From: Octopus sinensis | Taxonomy: Eukaryota | DNA: 64,000 nucleotides | Direction of reading: 5' to 3' | NCBI RefSeq assembly: GCF_006345805.1 | Contig: NC_043010.1 | Location: 36,828,001-36,892,000 of the forward strand | Part shown: one piece after another, positions 1 to 12,853 of the stretch | How the letters are laid out: each line of letters starts with the position of its first letter | Position numbering within the stretch: position 1 is the stretch's first letter | The notes under the pieces: model-generated | What the model saw: the letters and a program-made list of their open reading frames with translations, nothing else | Told to the model about the DNA's origin: nothing | Database searches by the model: none | Program-made: the position numbers and the translations under genes

Positions 1-165
1 TATGTTTACATCCCTGTAAATTAGTGGTTCGGCAAAAGAGACTGATAGAATAAGTACTAGGCTTATAAAATTAAGTCCTGGGGTAAGTTTCTTTGACTAA
101 AAAATTCCTTTAAGATGGTGCGCCAGCATTTCTGCAGTCAAAAGACTGAAATAGGTATAAAAGTA
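1..165 (+). mobile_element. SINE family A, 3' half (cut by the window edge)
   Basis: Carries the family A 3' motifs (GGTTCGGCAAAAGAGAC-GATAGAATAAGTACTAGGCTT...GGTGC-CCAGCAT...CAGTCAAA-GACTGAAA) also seen at 22700-23060, 27444-27685 and 31332-31701. Confidence 0.8.
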
Positions 166-2023
166 ATGTGTGTGTGTGTATATATATATTATGCAATCCA
201 AAATCCTGTTATTTTGCAGACTTTTTTCGACGTCTTTTTAGTTATACAACTGTCCATTTACCACTCATTTTAACACTGAGCCACTAATGTGGTTGTAAGT
301 TCTTGTATAAGGATTGCATTTAGGTGACTGAATATATTCAAACTTCAAACAGCTGCTTTGTTTTTGTTTTTTAAACTCTTCATTCCCTTTTTTTAATGGA
401 AATGCCACCAAAGCTTCGAGTAGCATCTAAAGGATGGTGCTTAGCCCTAGAGTTTGGTTTAGATATAACAAGGCTGAAATTCTACCTACTCACAGCATAC
501 CAGTTGATCAAAAAGTAAACACCCTCAGATAATCTGGTACTTTATTTCTGACAGCTGTGTGAGTGAACTGAAACAAATGTAAAATGAAGCGGTTTGTCCA
601 AAAACAATGAAATACTTATAGCAAATTGTTACCTAAGAGTACAAAATCTAATCTTGTCTTAGTCCACAAGACCAGCCTTCAAGTGGCCAAGTGTTAAAAA
701 TAAATACTTTACTGATGATAAACTAACACATCAAGTACAATGTGTAAAATAAAAGGTTGATTCTGCCAATTTAATGGTTTTATTTGCGTGTGACTTGTAT
801 TCAGCTGAGAGAAAATGACATTGCTGTTATTGTTGGGTAGTTTCATATCAACCTGGAGTAAAACCCTATGACCACCCAGGTTTTCCTTCTTTTTTTCCCA
901 GACAGTGTTACACTATCCAAACAATATTTCCTTTTCTTCTTTAAGATGTTACAATGTGATCTGAAGGAGATTTGACTGATATTTCTAGCAGGTTGCATGT
1001 GACCACACAGAGGCTTCTCTTCACTACAAGATGGCAACAGAACAAATAAATGATTATCAAATATCCAAGCCGAAAGCTTCAAGACCAGTCATGCTGGTGA
1101 CTAAAATCTCTCAGAAATTCCACTAACCAAATTCATTTCTCCCACTTTATCCCAATTTTTGCTATTCATGTTCTTCTCTACTGCTAGTGAAATATCTTTA
1201 ATGGAAATAGCCGATGCTAATGCAGAATTCCTAACTGGAGAATAAGGTGGGACAGTTTATTTAATATTACTTCAATGCTTTTATCAAACAACACTTAATT
1301 TCAAACAGAACTAAAAATAAAAGCATATATTTTTTATAGACATCATATTTTAGTGAAGAGAGAGAGAGAAGAGAGAGAGAGATGATTGCAGAATAAGTTG
1401 GTTTATAGAGGAATTAACCTAAAAGATCACAAATTTAAATACTACCTAAGGCAGTGAAATTATACCACCAGACAAAGCTCATTACATACTCCAATTTGCT
1501 TAGCTAAACACAAGTATCACATCTCTTGAAGAGAGGAGACTTGGATAAAATCACACATATTGCCACAAGGTAGGATTACAAAACAACACATGTTTACGAC
1601 CTTATTAATATTCTTAAAACATCATATTTTGGTCTTGCTATAAAATAACATTGGGGTTATAACCCCAAATGTTTTTGGCAAATCATCAGACAAGAATTCC
1701 TTGATAGTCTTGCCAAGCTTAAGTGTAGATGTCACAAGATTTATTGAGAATAGTGTAGTTTTAGAAATAAACAAATTAGATTGCATGGTTGCAAACACAA
1801 GCCATAAATTATACAGATTATTACGCAGCATGATTAACAAACAAAAAAAAAATCAGTACATGAAAGCCTAATTAACATTTGCAACATTGTATTGTGGTTA
1901 ATATCTGATTGGTCATACAAACAAATAAGCAGAAGTAGACTGGACAGGAGGTCAACAGCAGTGGCTGGCCACCAAGTACAAGAAGAGACATACAAATTTA
2001 TAAACACTACATTCACAAACAGA

Positions 2024-2058
<35 letters not shown>

Positions 2059-2129
2059 ATCTTAAACAATATTAAGAAAAGAGAGAAAACAGTTTAAGAA
2101 ATACCACTAACAAACGCTATCTTCCTTTT

Positions 2130-2330
2130 AGGTAGCTGCAAAACCTGCTAGAAAAAGCAGCCTAATTTGTCTAAAAATCTCACCCAAGTGTTTTAAAAAA
2201 AATATTAAAAAAAACTGAAAGCAATTAATGTAGATCAAGAGGATATTACATACAAGAAGGCAGAGTGGTCACAGCTGGAGGTGTTTCTGATCACAGGTCT
2301 GTTTGATCAGAGCTGATATGAGATGAAATT
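2130..2330 (+). repeat. Unclassified interspersed repeat H (representative copy)
   Basis: The motif AACCTGCTAGAAATAGCAGCCAAATCTCC recurs near 960(-), 2145, 4440, 5560, 13140, 17070(-), 20785, 28370(-), 29575 and 55925; the partner motif GGTCA(T/C)GGCTGGAATGCCTTTGATCA occurs near 2265, 5085(-), 28235(-), 29630 and 55690(-). Confidence 0.65.
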
Positions 2331-2690
2331 AAGTCAAGATAGAAATTTCAAAGTCAGCTGCAAGTTGTTGCAAAGAAAATCTACCAAAGTTAGTGATGTG
2401 ATATACAAAAAGCAGGCTATGTATAAGTTTCAAATGTAAACTAAATAGTATGCCTTCCCTTGGAGCTATTACAATAACATGGTTAAATTGTAAATAAAAT
2501 TAGGTTAACAACAATTCAAAGTATTCTACTTGCATGATAAAGAACTACAACAAATGCAAACCAAGGCCACAATATCAACTAGAGAGTGCTTTATTACTAA
2601 ATGATTGAGAATGGTTGTTCCTTATCAATATAGTAGTAATGGGTAAGGCACGACTACACAGCACAACACCACTCCGCCACACCTACTCAC

Positions 2691-2760
2691 ACAGATCAAT
2701 GAAACAGAAAGTACCAACTCTGAATCGATTGTAAAATTCATGATCAAGAACCATGAAAAC
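2691..2760 (-). other. Candidate 70-nt internal exon of a minus-strand gene (product unknown)
   Basis: Acceptor gttgttatag (2770-2761) and donor GTGAGT (2690-2685). Two frames are open: VFMVLDHEFYNRFRVGTFCFIDL or FSWFLIMNFTIDSELVLSVSLIC. I recognise no homology. Confidence 0.4.
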
Positions 2761-5708
2761 CTATAACAACATTTACAATGTGATTTATAACAAAGGAGTG
2801 ACTTCAGAAGTATCTCTCACACTTGTTTGTTTTAGCTAGCAGTTCTAAGCATTTGTGTTAGTGCCAACTATGTCAATACCAATGTCAATACAGTGAATAG
2901 CTTACATCATAGGAATCACACACACACACACACACACACACTTTTTAAGGCACAAATGAAATTTACGAAACAATTACAATAGCATACATGATTCTAAAAA
3001 ATTAAATTATGTTGATGTTTAGACCTCTTCTGTCTAGCTGGTCCTCACTGAACAAACTCTAGATTAAAAGCTATCAAGTCATAACCGTTGTCGATTTCTC
3101 AGGATTAGTGTAACACCAGACACACATTAACCATGCGATGTGAGTGAAATTTAGCAACTAATTCCAAAATCAAATAAGCAGAAAGAAACCATATACTTAC
3201 ACTATCTTTGGATACTGTTAGTGAATTGAATGCTAATATCACACACAATTTAACCATTTATTTTTATTGATATTCATATTACCAATATGTAGATATATAA
3301 GTTCAATATGCAGATATAAATTTATATAAAAATGATGAAAATTCTAAATTGAAAAATAATGAGTTAGTGAAAGTTTTCCCGTTACCAAACTTTTAACAAC
3401 AAAATAGGAAAAAATATGACAGTTTAATAAATAGTGTCTGGATTTGTGCAATTTATTTATTTATTTATTTATTTTTTATTTTGCCAAGCATCAAATTAGT
3501 TTCCAACATTAAATTCTTGCACTACAAAAATATCCACATTGGTTGTAATTGTAAATAATACTTTTCTGTGATATGGAGTCTGATCATAAATGTGTGTGCG
3601 TACGTATGTGCATGCACACACATGGACAGATTCTTTTATTGAATTATGTTTAGTGGTCTGGTGAAATCATGGCTTTTAATTTGTCTGAACCCCAAGAGAC
3701 AATAAGAATGTTTTCTCATGCACTTTTTTTTCTTTCTAATTCATGAACAAGCTTGACAGGACACAGCATCGTTTCAATAATAAAAGAGAGGACAAAATTA
3801 CAACAGGGAACAGAAGAAGAAGAATAAGTGTTCACACAAGATGGCCACTGAGTCACTGCAAGAGTACTATTAATTAGAGGCACAGTGTTAGTAGTTCTTG
3901 TGATCTGCAGCTTCTAAGAGTGAGAGGCACAAAAAGAACAATGCTGTGCTCTGTTGCTATACACAAAACCTGCAGAAAATTCCTACTGGTTCACAACATA
4001 TCCATAACGGGCTGCACTAATCAACACCATGACAACCAATGAACAGTTTATTATACATCAGTGGCATCAGACAATTTAATACAAAAATACTAGCATGACA
4101 CAACAAACAGACCTTTCTGAGAATTTCCTAACACATTGCTTTACTCTTCATTGGAGCATGACCTTTAACATCAATGACCTCCGAAACCATCCTATTTGTT
4201 TGTTTATTTTTATTCATTCATTCCTTCACAGAATGTCCATTGTTTCTTCTTCAAAAGTAAAATTTTAAAAAAATAAAAATAAGCCCTTTTGGCCTTGACT
4301 TCTATGAAACATTTAAAGAGAGAGGAGGGAATGAGAGGAATTTAGAGAAATACTTCAGATTAACTGCCTAAACTGTTATCTTGATTCAAACCTTGTTTCT
4401 AGCATCAGGAAGCAAAAGATTATTTCTACTTGCCTCAATCAACCTAGCAGAAAATAGCAACAAACTTCCACTTCATAATGGTTGTTGATTCTTTTTTATT
4501 TTCTTTCTTTCTTTTTTTTTGTTTTTGTTTTGTATATTGCTATTGTTAGGTAAGCTGTATGCAATCAGTTCTGATAGCAGGGCACTGAAGTAGCTAATAA
4601 GAAAGAGAATTTGAGTAGTTCCTGTTAAGAAAACAGCACCTGCTCTCTGAAACAAATTCAAGCAAACTATCTATGAATTACCATAACCAACCGAAGCATA
4701 GGGAATACGTTAAGAGGAAATTAGAGAGGATAAGAAATGGTGCAAAAGAAAAAAAAGAAAGAAAAAAAATCTCCAAGACTGGGTATGTTGATTGATGCTC
4801 ATGCCATTTTCCAAGGGCACCAGTACTAAAAATGTCATAATGGCTTCAGATTTTGACACAAGACCAGCAATTTTATTAGGAAGAATATATTGATTATATT
4901 GATCCCGGTGCTGAACTAGTATTTTATTTTATCAATCCTAGAAGAACGAAAAGCACAGTCAACCCCGGTAAATGTAAAGAAAAGAGCTGGAATACTGAAA
5001 AATGTAATAATGACTCCACTTAACTAATACTAAGCAAAAGGCTTACTCTAGATTGATTCCAATCAAGTAGGCCTATGATCAAGATCATTCCAGCCATGAC
5101 AATCTCATTTTTTAACCTACCCCACCCCCACATACACCAGATAATGAATCTACCAAAGATTATAATCCCAATGTATGCATTGCTTCTTTTTTTTTTAAAG
5201 ATGGTAACATGTGACTGAAAGGAGATTTTTGCTGGTGTTTTAAAAACAGTAAACACACATTGAGAGAGGGGCTGCCTGGTGTACAGATGACTGAATCATA
5301 CAAAACAAAACTGAAAGTAAAATTGAATCTATTGGTGTTGGAAATGAAAATAAAGACAGATAAAGTTGAACACAACACACACCCAGTAATTTTACTGTCT
5401 TTCCTATCATTTAATAATATCCTTGGAATACACTAAAAATAATTTATTTTGACTAGGCCTGTTTATTATTTTCTTTTTATATATATATATTGAAGGCATC
5501 ATAGTCAGCTAAATCAATTCTGAGACAATGAGAAACCATTACATTATTGCTCAACCTGTTAAAGATAGCTGCCAAACCTCCATCTCAAGTATTTCAGTCA
5601 ATTAAATTGATTGTTGTACTTACTTTATGAATGCAGATTTTACTGACATTGAAACAAATATTTTAAGGTAATTAGTATGGAGATGATGATGATGATGATG
5701 ATGATAAA

Positions 5709-6735
5709 CTTTCCTAATCTAGGCACAGGGCATGAAATTAGATTGACTGCCAGTACGCAACTGGTACTTAATTCATTGACCCCCAAAAAGATGAAAGGCA
5801 AAGTCAACCTCAGTGGAATTTGAACTCAGAATGTAAAGACAGACAAAATACTGCTAAGCATTTCGCCCGGTATGCTAATGTTTCTGCCAGCTCGCTGCCT
5901 TCAATAATAATAATAATAATAATGACAATAATAATAGTTTTTAATTTAGGCACAAAGCCAGTAATTCTGATGCCACAGATCCCAAAGGGATGAAAGACAA
6001 AGTTGACTAAGGCAGGATTTGAACTCCGAACACAGCAAGTCAGAACAAATACCAGAAAGACATTTTTATGACACTCTAATAAACTGTGCCGATCCACGGC
6101 TCTAATAATTCATTCTACTATAGATACAAAACTTGAAAATTACATCAATGTTAGACCTTGCCTTCCATCCCTTCAGAATCAATAATATGAAGACTTGACA
6201 GAATTTGTCACTGCTCTAATAATAATAATAATAATAATAACTTATTTATGATTCTATTGGTTTTCCACAGTAGTAGTAAACCGTTTTACTATGTGCACAA
6301 GGCCTGAAATTTCAGGGGAGAGAATTAGTCGATTACATTGGCCCCAGGGCTCAACTGGTACCTATTTCATCGACCTTGAAAGGATGGACAGTGAAGTCAA
6401 TCTTGGTGGAATATGAACTCAGAATGAAAATACAGAAAAAATACCGCTAAGATGTCCAGTGTGCTAATGATTCTGTCAGCTTGCAACCTTAATAGTAATA
6501 ACAACAACAGCAACAACAACAATAATAATCCATTCTGCTATAGGCGCAAGGCCTGAAATTTGGGGGGAGGGGGGGAGGGGTTAAGTCAATTACATCGACC
6601 CCATTCTTTCACCGGTACTTAATTTATTGACCCTGAAAGGGTGAAAGGCAAAGTCAACCTCGATGGAATTTGAACTCGGATTGTAAAGATGGATGAAATG
6701 CCATGAAGCATTTCACCAGGCGTGCTAACGATTCT
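5709..6735 (-). mobile_element. Same-orientation cluster of four (plus a fragment) SINE family D copies separated by (TAA)n/(CAA)n tracts
   Basis: Repeated GAAAGGCAAAGTCAACCTC...GGAATTTGAACTC(A/G)GA (reverse complement contains a B-box-like GAGTTCAAATTC) near 5795, 5995, 6385 and 6645, each with an AGGCACAAGGCC-GAAATTT tail. Confidence 0.85.
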
Positions 6736-7008
6736 AACAAAATAAAAAAAATGAAATTATATGTTTACATACCACAAGTACATTGTAGTAAACAAAAGAT
6801 ATTATACCATTGTTTAACTGCAGTGAAGCTCAACACTTCAGTGGAAAACCTGTTCACTATGGGCTCTGTTCTGTTTCACTCTCGACTTAAAACAATGCTG
6901 ACCCTCAACTTTCGAGTAATCAGTTCACTGCATGATGTATCAGTTGATCAAGGCTGTTGCCAATTAGTGTTGCAAACACTAATTTCTATAAAATTATTGG
7001 GGCAAACA

Positions 7009-7063
7009 TGGTGGTGGTGGTAGCAGCAGCAGCAGTGGTGGTGGTGGTAGTAGTAGTAGTAGT
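7009..7063. repeat. Compound trinucleotide microsatellite (GGT)n(AGC)n(GGT)n(AGT)n
   Basis: Directly visible; it produces the poly-V/poly-A tract of ORF 6957-7142. Confidence 0.95.
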
Positions 7064-7647
7064 GACAATGGCAGGCAACAGCAGTAGGAATAGGAAGCTT
7101 AAGGCCAGTAATTACATGCTTAAGTGCAGGAGCTATAAATAAACATCATTCAGAGATTTTAGATTGCATCTTTACTTCGGCCCACACATGCTGACATTAC
7201 ATCATCAATACCCTTCGTCAAAGTACCAAGCCAGTGCATAACTTTAAATCATCCCTCATACCATATCTCAAACAGTTAACCAACATGCCAACACCATTTC
7301 CCATCTTTATTTCCCTGCCTATCAAAGTAGCTTTTTTTATTATTATTTTTTTTTCTTCACTTTATACTCTCAGAAGAATATCACAGCTTGTGTAGCCCAA
7401 AGCAATAAAGGAATCCTTTAATATTCATAATACTAATGGTATTTAAATATGTTAATGTATTCATATGAAACTGAAGGAAAAAGAAGAAAAAAAATTCAAA
7501 CTTCCAGTGAGATTTGGCAGGTGAGGGAGGATCCTGTTACTTAGCAAAGTTGTTTTGATTACCTTTCTTCCTCATGGCAAACTAACTTATTCTCACTTAG
7601 TGAACTGTAAGTATGGTTGGTTTAAACAATATTTAACCACTTTTTAA

Positions 7648-7809
7648 GACAGCAAGCTGGCAGAAACGTTAGCACATCGGGCAAAATGCTTAGCGGTATT
7701 TTGTCTGTCCTTATGTTCTGAGTTCAAATTCTGCCGAGGTCAACTTAGCCTTTCGTCCTTTCAGGGTCCAAAAATTCCGGGCCTTGTGCCTAGAGTAGAA
7801 AAGAATATT
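7648..7809 (+). mobile_element. SINE family D with internal deletion
   Basis: GCAAGCTGGCAGAAACGTTAGCAC...TTCTGAGTTCAAATTCTGCCGAGGTCAACTTAGCCTTTC...GGCCTTGTGCCTAGAGTAGAAAAGAATATT; the central AAGTACCAG block is missing. Confidence 0.85.
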
Positions 7810-9322
7810 TAACCACTTTTGTTACTATAGAGAAATAACTCATTGTTAATCTGGTGTTTAGAACATAAATCAACCCTTTTGTGATGATATTTCTGTTGAA
7901 ATACACTGCCTTTGTTTTATTAATTTTGAAAATAACGAATTTAGTAAAATGACTTGTTTTTAAGCTGGTGAATGGTACACAAATTAGCATGAATTTAAAT
8001 CACTTTAGGGGTTTTATTTTGTTGGGCCAAGAGTGATCTTTAGTTTTGGTATCAAAAAAGAAAACCTGAAATCTTTAACCCATTAATATGCCCATAAAAT
8101 AATGAAGTCTTAAAATTTAACTGTATTTAGATTAAACATTATGGTAAGCTCTCACAATCTGGAAGAGGACATATGCAACTGTTACCTACGGGTGTTGACT
8201 ACCTGCTGAATATATCGTGTGCTCAATCAGATGCTTCCTGGCAAGTTTATGTCCAAACAATTAGGAGCAGGTTTTGCATTGCAAAAATGCAACCAGGGGT
8301 ATATATGGGTTAAAACAGTAAATTTGTGTCATGGAACCAAGGGTAGTCTCAGGCAGGTTTGAATCAAAAGAGTTATTTCAGATCATATTCAGATGCATTT
8401 TATTGTGAAAACTTTGGGGACACATTCAGCAGAAAGCATCTCTTTTCTGCCAGGCCCACACCTGATAACATGACTTTTAAAACCTTATATATATATATAT
8501 AATATATATATATATATACATACATATATCCTTGTCAGAGTTGCTTGGCAAAAGAAAACACTTAAGATTAACAAAGTCCAACCAGTCGTAAAATAATAAG
8601 TACCATACTAAGCTTGAATAAACTGCTGTAAACTGTGAAGATGTGTGGCACCCAAGTAGGTGCCAAAAAAAAAAAAATTCTTTTAGCTTGCAGAACTAAG
8701 CTCTTTGCCCTTCCAGTCTGCTAACTAGAAAGTTGAAATTCACTTGATAGAGCAATTCATGCAAGTGTATGGATTAACAAAACCATCCAACACCCACAGA
8801 AGCATGAAGAAAAGCAGACTAGGAAGAGAGAAAGAGAGGCATGTGATGGGTGCACAGACTTCAAAATATTTTACACAGATAAAATTCACTAAAAGGAAAG
8901 AAAAATTCAAAACCAACTTCTACAAAACAGGCGTCTTGTTAGGTTTTTTTATTACCATTTTTTTTTTGTTTTTGTTTTTACAAACATTTAATATCCTAGC
9001 TCGCCAAATCTAACCACCATAAAAATAGTGACATTTGTTCCAAATGGACACACCATACCTCATTTAAATATTGCTTTTGCCAATAAGGAAACACACACCA
9101 AGATGCACGCAGCACAGTTTCAATGAAGTATGTATAGTGACTGTTATTTTGTACTGTTGACGGAGACCAGCCAGTAAGCTTACAGTGAAGGGTCTTTTTC
9201 AAAGTGCCTATTCATAGAAGCAATACAAGTCCAGTATATGGTGGTATGCCAATACAGATGCACATTAATATATGTAAAGTTGCATTTCTTACATGAATAT
9301 ATCAATACATGTAACACCACTA

Positions 9323-9494
9323 ATGCTTAGCGGTATTTTGTGTGTTTATGTTCTGAGTTCAAATTCTACCATGGTCAATTTTGTTTTCACCTTTCTGGGA
9401 CCAATAAAATAAGTATCAGTCAAGCACTAGAGTCAATGTTATCAACTAGCCCCATTCTCCAAAAACTTCAGGCCTTGCGCCTTTAGTAGAAAGG

Positions 9495-9526
<32 letters not shown>
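9323..9526 (+). mobile_element. SINE family D with (TAT)n tail
   Basis: GCTTAGCGGTATTTTG...GAGTTCAAATTC...AATAAGTATCAG...GGCCTTGCGCCTTTAGTAGAAAGG followed by about 10 TAT units. Confidence 0.85.
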
Positions 9527-9530
<4 letters not shown>

Positions 9531-9860
9531 TGAGAGAGCAGCACATGCCAAAGTGACACAGGGGTACAAGTATATACGAAGCCTAATATACTCATCATGA
9601 CTACCCATCTGATAAAAGCACACCGGGCACATGCATCACAGCCATGTGTGCAACATGGCGATCTCATATCAAGATAAACAGTACATGATCTTGTAGGTGG
9701 GACCCAGTTGGAATTTTCATCAGGTTAAGTAGCCGATCCCACTCAAAAGTTCCCTGTTTAAGGGTTGTTTGAGGATGATGAACAAAACACCCATGCTTCC
9801 AAGGGTAAATTATTCAAGCCCCAAAGAACCCCTCTCAACACATGGTTGATATACTCCCCC
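9527..9860. repeat. Unclassified GC-richer interspersed repeat lying between two family D copies
   Basis: Abrupt rise in GC straight after a (TAT)n SINE tail. It resembles an abundant octopus repeat from memory (unverified); there is no second copy in the window. Confidence 0.4.
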
Positions 9861-9890
9861 TTATTATGATTACTACTACTAATACTACTA

Positions 9891-10065
9891 ATGCTTAGTG
9901 GTATTTCTTCCAACTTCACTTTTTGAGTTCAAATGCCGTTAGGGGTCAATATTCTTTCCATCCTTTCAGTTTTTATCAAATAAGTACCAATTAAACATTG
10001 GCACTGATATAATCAACTAACCCCTGCCTTAAAATTTCAGGCCTTTTGGCCATACTAAAAAGGAT
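9891..10065 (+). mobile_element. SINE family D (degenerate)
   Basis: GCTTAGTGGTATTTC...GAGTTCAAATGCC...CTTTCCATCCTTTCAG...AATAAGTACCAA...AAAATTTCAGGCCTTTTGGCC. Confidence 0.75.
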
Positions 10066-10084
10066 GTTGGAAGAATGGCTAGTG

Positions 10085-10375
10085 TGAAAGGGCCAATTCT
10101 GAGCATGCACCTATAAAAAAAGGGGGGGGGTAAAGGAGAGGAGCTCTTGCCTAGTTGATCAGGCACCTGTGGCTTTTCTGAGTTTTTCTACGAGGACCTA
10201 AGCACCCCCCTACAAGGAGTTTTAATTTGTTTAATTTTTAATAGTTATTTATATTGTTTACATGCGGAAAACTCATTGCATCATCCTGTTTTTGTCTTTT
10301 ATGTTGTTATATGTCCTTCAATGTCATGTTATGTGAGGCCTTGTGGCTAATAAAAGAATGAATTATTATTATATA
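10085..10375 (+). mobile_element. Probable 3' end of a non-LTR retrotransposon (L1/Tx1-like 3' UTR)
   Basis: A GC-rich start, then a T-rich UTR-like stretch (opposite to the local A-rich skew), AATAAA at ~10349 and a short (ATT)n tail. The clade assignment is inference. Confidence 0.4.
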
Positions 10376-11169
10376 CATGCTAAAGGATTAAATATAGCAT
10401 TTTTATTTTATGATTTCATCATCTACTTGAAGCTAGCTACTGACATATGTAATAAGTATTATTTTTATTATTATGAATGCAAAAAGGATTAAATATGTAT
10501 AACGCTATTACAGGCTTTCTTATAAGCAGCTGACTACAAGGCTATCATAAATTTTCACAGAACTGTAGTCATACAAAAAAAAAATTCAATCTCAGCAATG
10601 TCAACATGTAACTTTACTCACCAACAATGGGAACTTGTCAGCGGTATAAAATATATCTTAGCAAATACTCTTCATTTTAAAAAGAGCCATGTAAGAGACT
10701 AAACTAACAATAAAGTGTGTGGAGGGGATGGAGGTGGAGGCAGTTGAGTGTCCATTTGTTCATTCTTTCATGCCAAATTTAATCTCTCTGGCAGATCTGT
10801 CAAATTGGAAGTAGAGCAAAAAGAGAAGAAAAAAAGTTTACTCAGGTGGTGAAGAAAGAAAGCTGGTTCCACCTTCAAAAATACTTTTGTAAATAATCTG
10901 AACTATATATATATATATATATATTAGAAAGAGAGAGAGAGAGCTAATCAAACTAATTTGATGAATAAATGATACTGCAAAGTGCTAATTACAGAGTTAA
11001 TATTTAGTTAGAGCTGTGACATTAGTCAGCATCAGTGGTCCTTAAATTAACCTGGACAGAATAGCAGCCCCTTGAGATGTTGTAAGCTCCAAAGGATAGG
11101 GAGGGGGCCACTAGTGGGATGTTGAATGTTTAAAAGGATTGTAAATTTTGTTCAAAGTAATACACTTGG

Positions 11170-11386
11170 CCCTTTAGCAGTCACACTATTCTCTCAAAAG
11201 TAATGTTTATTTATTCATATAGTTTTGAATTAATCATGCATTATCTTGTAGCTTAGAGATTTTGATGAGGTAACTTAATTTTTAGGATGATATCATAGAG
11301 TTGGTGTGAGAGGGCAGATTGGCCAATTTGTACATAAAACAGGTAGAATATTTTGAGTAGATATGGCTGGTTTAAATGCTGAAGAG
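11170..11386 (-). mobile_element. MITE family F (piggyBac-like, TTAA-flanked)
   Basis: Ends CCCTTTAGCA...AATGCTGAAGAG-TTAA; the internal sequence matches F copies at 12391, 26701, 29921, 49762, 59313 and 59588. Confidence 0.75.
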
Positions 11387-12390
11387 TTAAACTAGGTATG
11401 ATACTTTATTTTAAACACATTTTTACAGAAATCTTGGTCTAGATTAGAATAAGAGCAAAACTATGTTAACAGTAAGCAGAAACATGAAATAATGTGTTAG
11501 ATCCAATATGATGATATTATAAAAGTCTTCATCATCTTTAGTAACTTCCATAAGAATTTTAATATGGGAGGCACTAGTCCGTGCAAATATCTAAAAAGAG
11601 GTACATACTGAATGGGATGGTACAATATAATAATAATTAATAAAACTACAGTGCAAAACTAGCTTCTATTTCATTAAGAATAATATTCTCTCTCTCTCTC
11701 CCTTCAAAATATAGAGAGGGAGCACTGAACTCCAAAAGGTTTGAGAATCAGAAGCCTACATGATAAGTATGTAACAACAGAGATGAAAAGAGTTAAACAA
11801 CCTATGACCACATAAAACAAAACAGATGAAATTAAATATTTTTCATGCTGGAGCAGATTGCTTCTGCAAACAGAACTCGCCACACACACACAAATTAGTA
11901 AGTTACCAGTTCTATTCGATTCATTCAAAAAACTCTTCACTTCCTCTTCCAATGAAGTCAATACAAATGATAACCACCTGATGGCAACTTCTACAAAAGG
12001 TGTCTTCATGTATTGAGATAAACATCATTTAAATACAATAAAAAGAAAGGTCAAGTTGGCAAATTCAACTGAGCCAACAATAGAACTGTCAACAGGTAGT
12101 ATTTCTTTATCAGTGATATAATATTAGCACACCCCAATACTCTTAATTCATAAATGACTGAGCACAACTAAATGCAAATCCAAATCATGTGTTGGTAAAA
12201 TTTAAAACTTACAGTAACAAAAGCATAACATTGTTACTGAGGCCCTTATTTGCTCAAATCCTTCATTAGAAAAGCTTGCAGAAAGATGCACTTCATTTGT
12301 TTGGTTCATCTTACACTAACGACATACAAGACAGTCTTCTCTGGCAGCATTTCAATGATACATATGGGAGATGATGCATATATGAGTTAA

Positions 12391-12571
12391 CTCTTTAGCT
12401 TTTAAACTGGCCATATCTTGCCTGAATTCTACCTGTTTCCAATGTTCAAACTAGCCATATCCTGCATCTCATACCTATCCAGCAATGTCATTCTAAAATC
12501 AAACCTTTGAAATCTCTAAGCTACAAGACAATGAATGATTCATTTTTAAAAGTAATTTGAATGTTTACAGG
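12391..12571 (+). mobile_element. MITE family F
   Basis: TTAA-CTCTTTAGC...AATGTTTACAGG-TTAA; TTAA at both ends (12387-12390 and 12572-12575). Confidence 0.75.
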
Positions 12572-12795
12572 TTAATACAGGCCAACAAAAAATTTCCAGC
12601 AACCAAACCTTTCTCACAGCATACTCTTCTGCCTTAGCAAACAACATACTGGATACCGTTGCTTAAAACCAGACAACTCTTACATAGGGCTGCTGGATTT
12701 TGAATTAAACTACACCACCAACAGCATGCAGTGGTAATTATTTAACAAAGATTACAAAAATGACAAAAAGAAATGCTAACAAATACTCTCTCACA

Positions 12796-12853
<58 letters not shown>

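Noticed and set aside
11704-12330. Protein-looking minus-strand frames (PFVEVAIRWLSFVLTSLEEEVKSF; MNQTNEVHLSASFSNEGFEQIR)
   Set aside because: Frames are broken by stops, acceptors are weak, and I recognise no homology.
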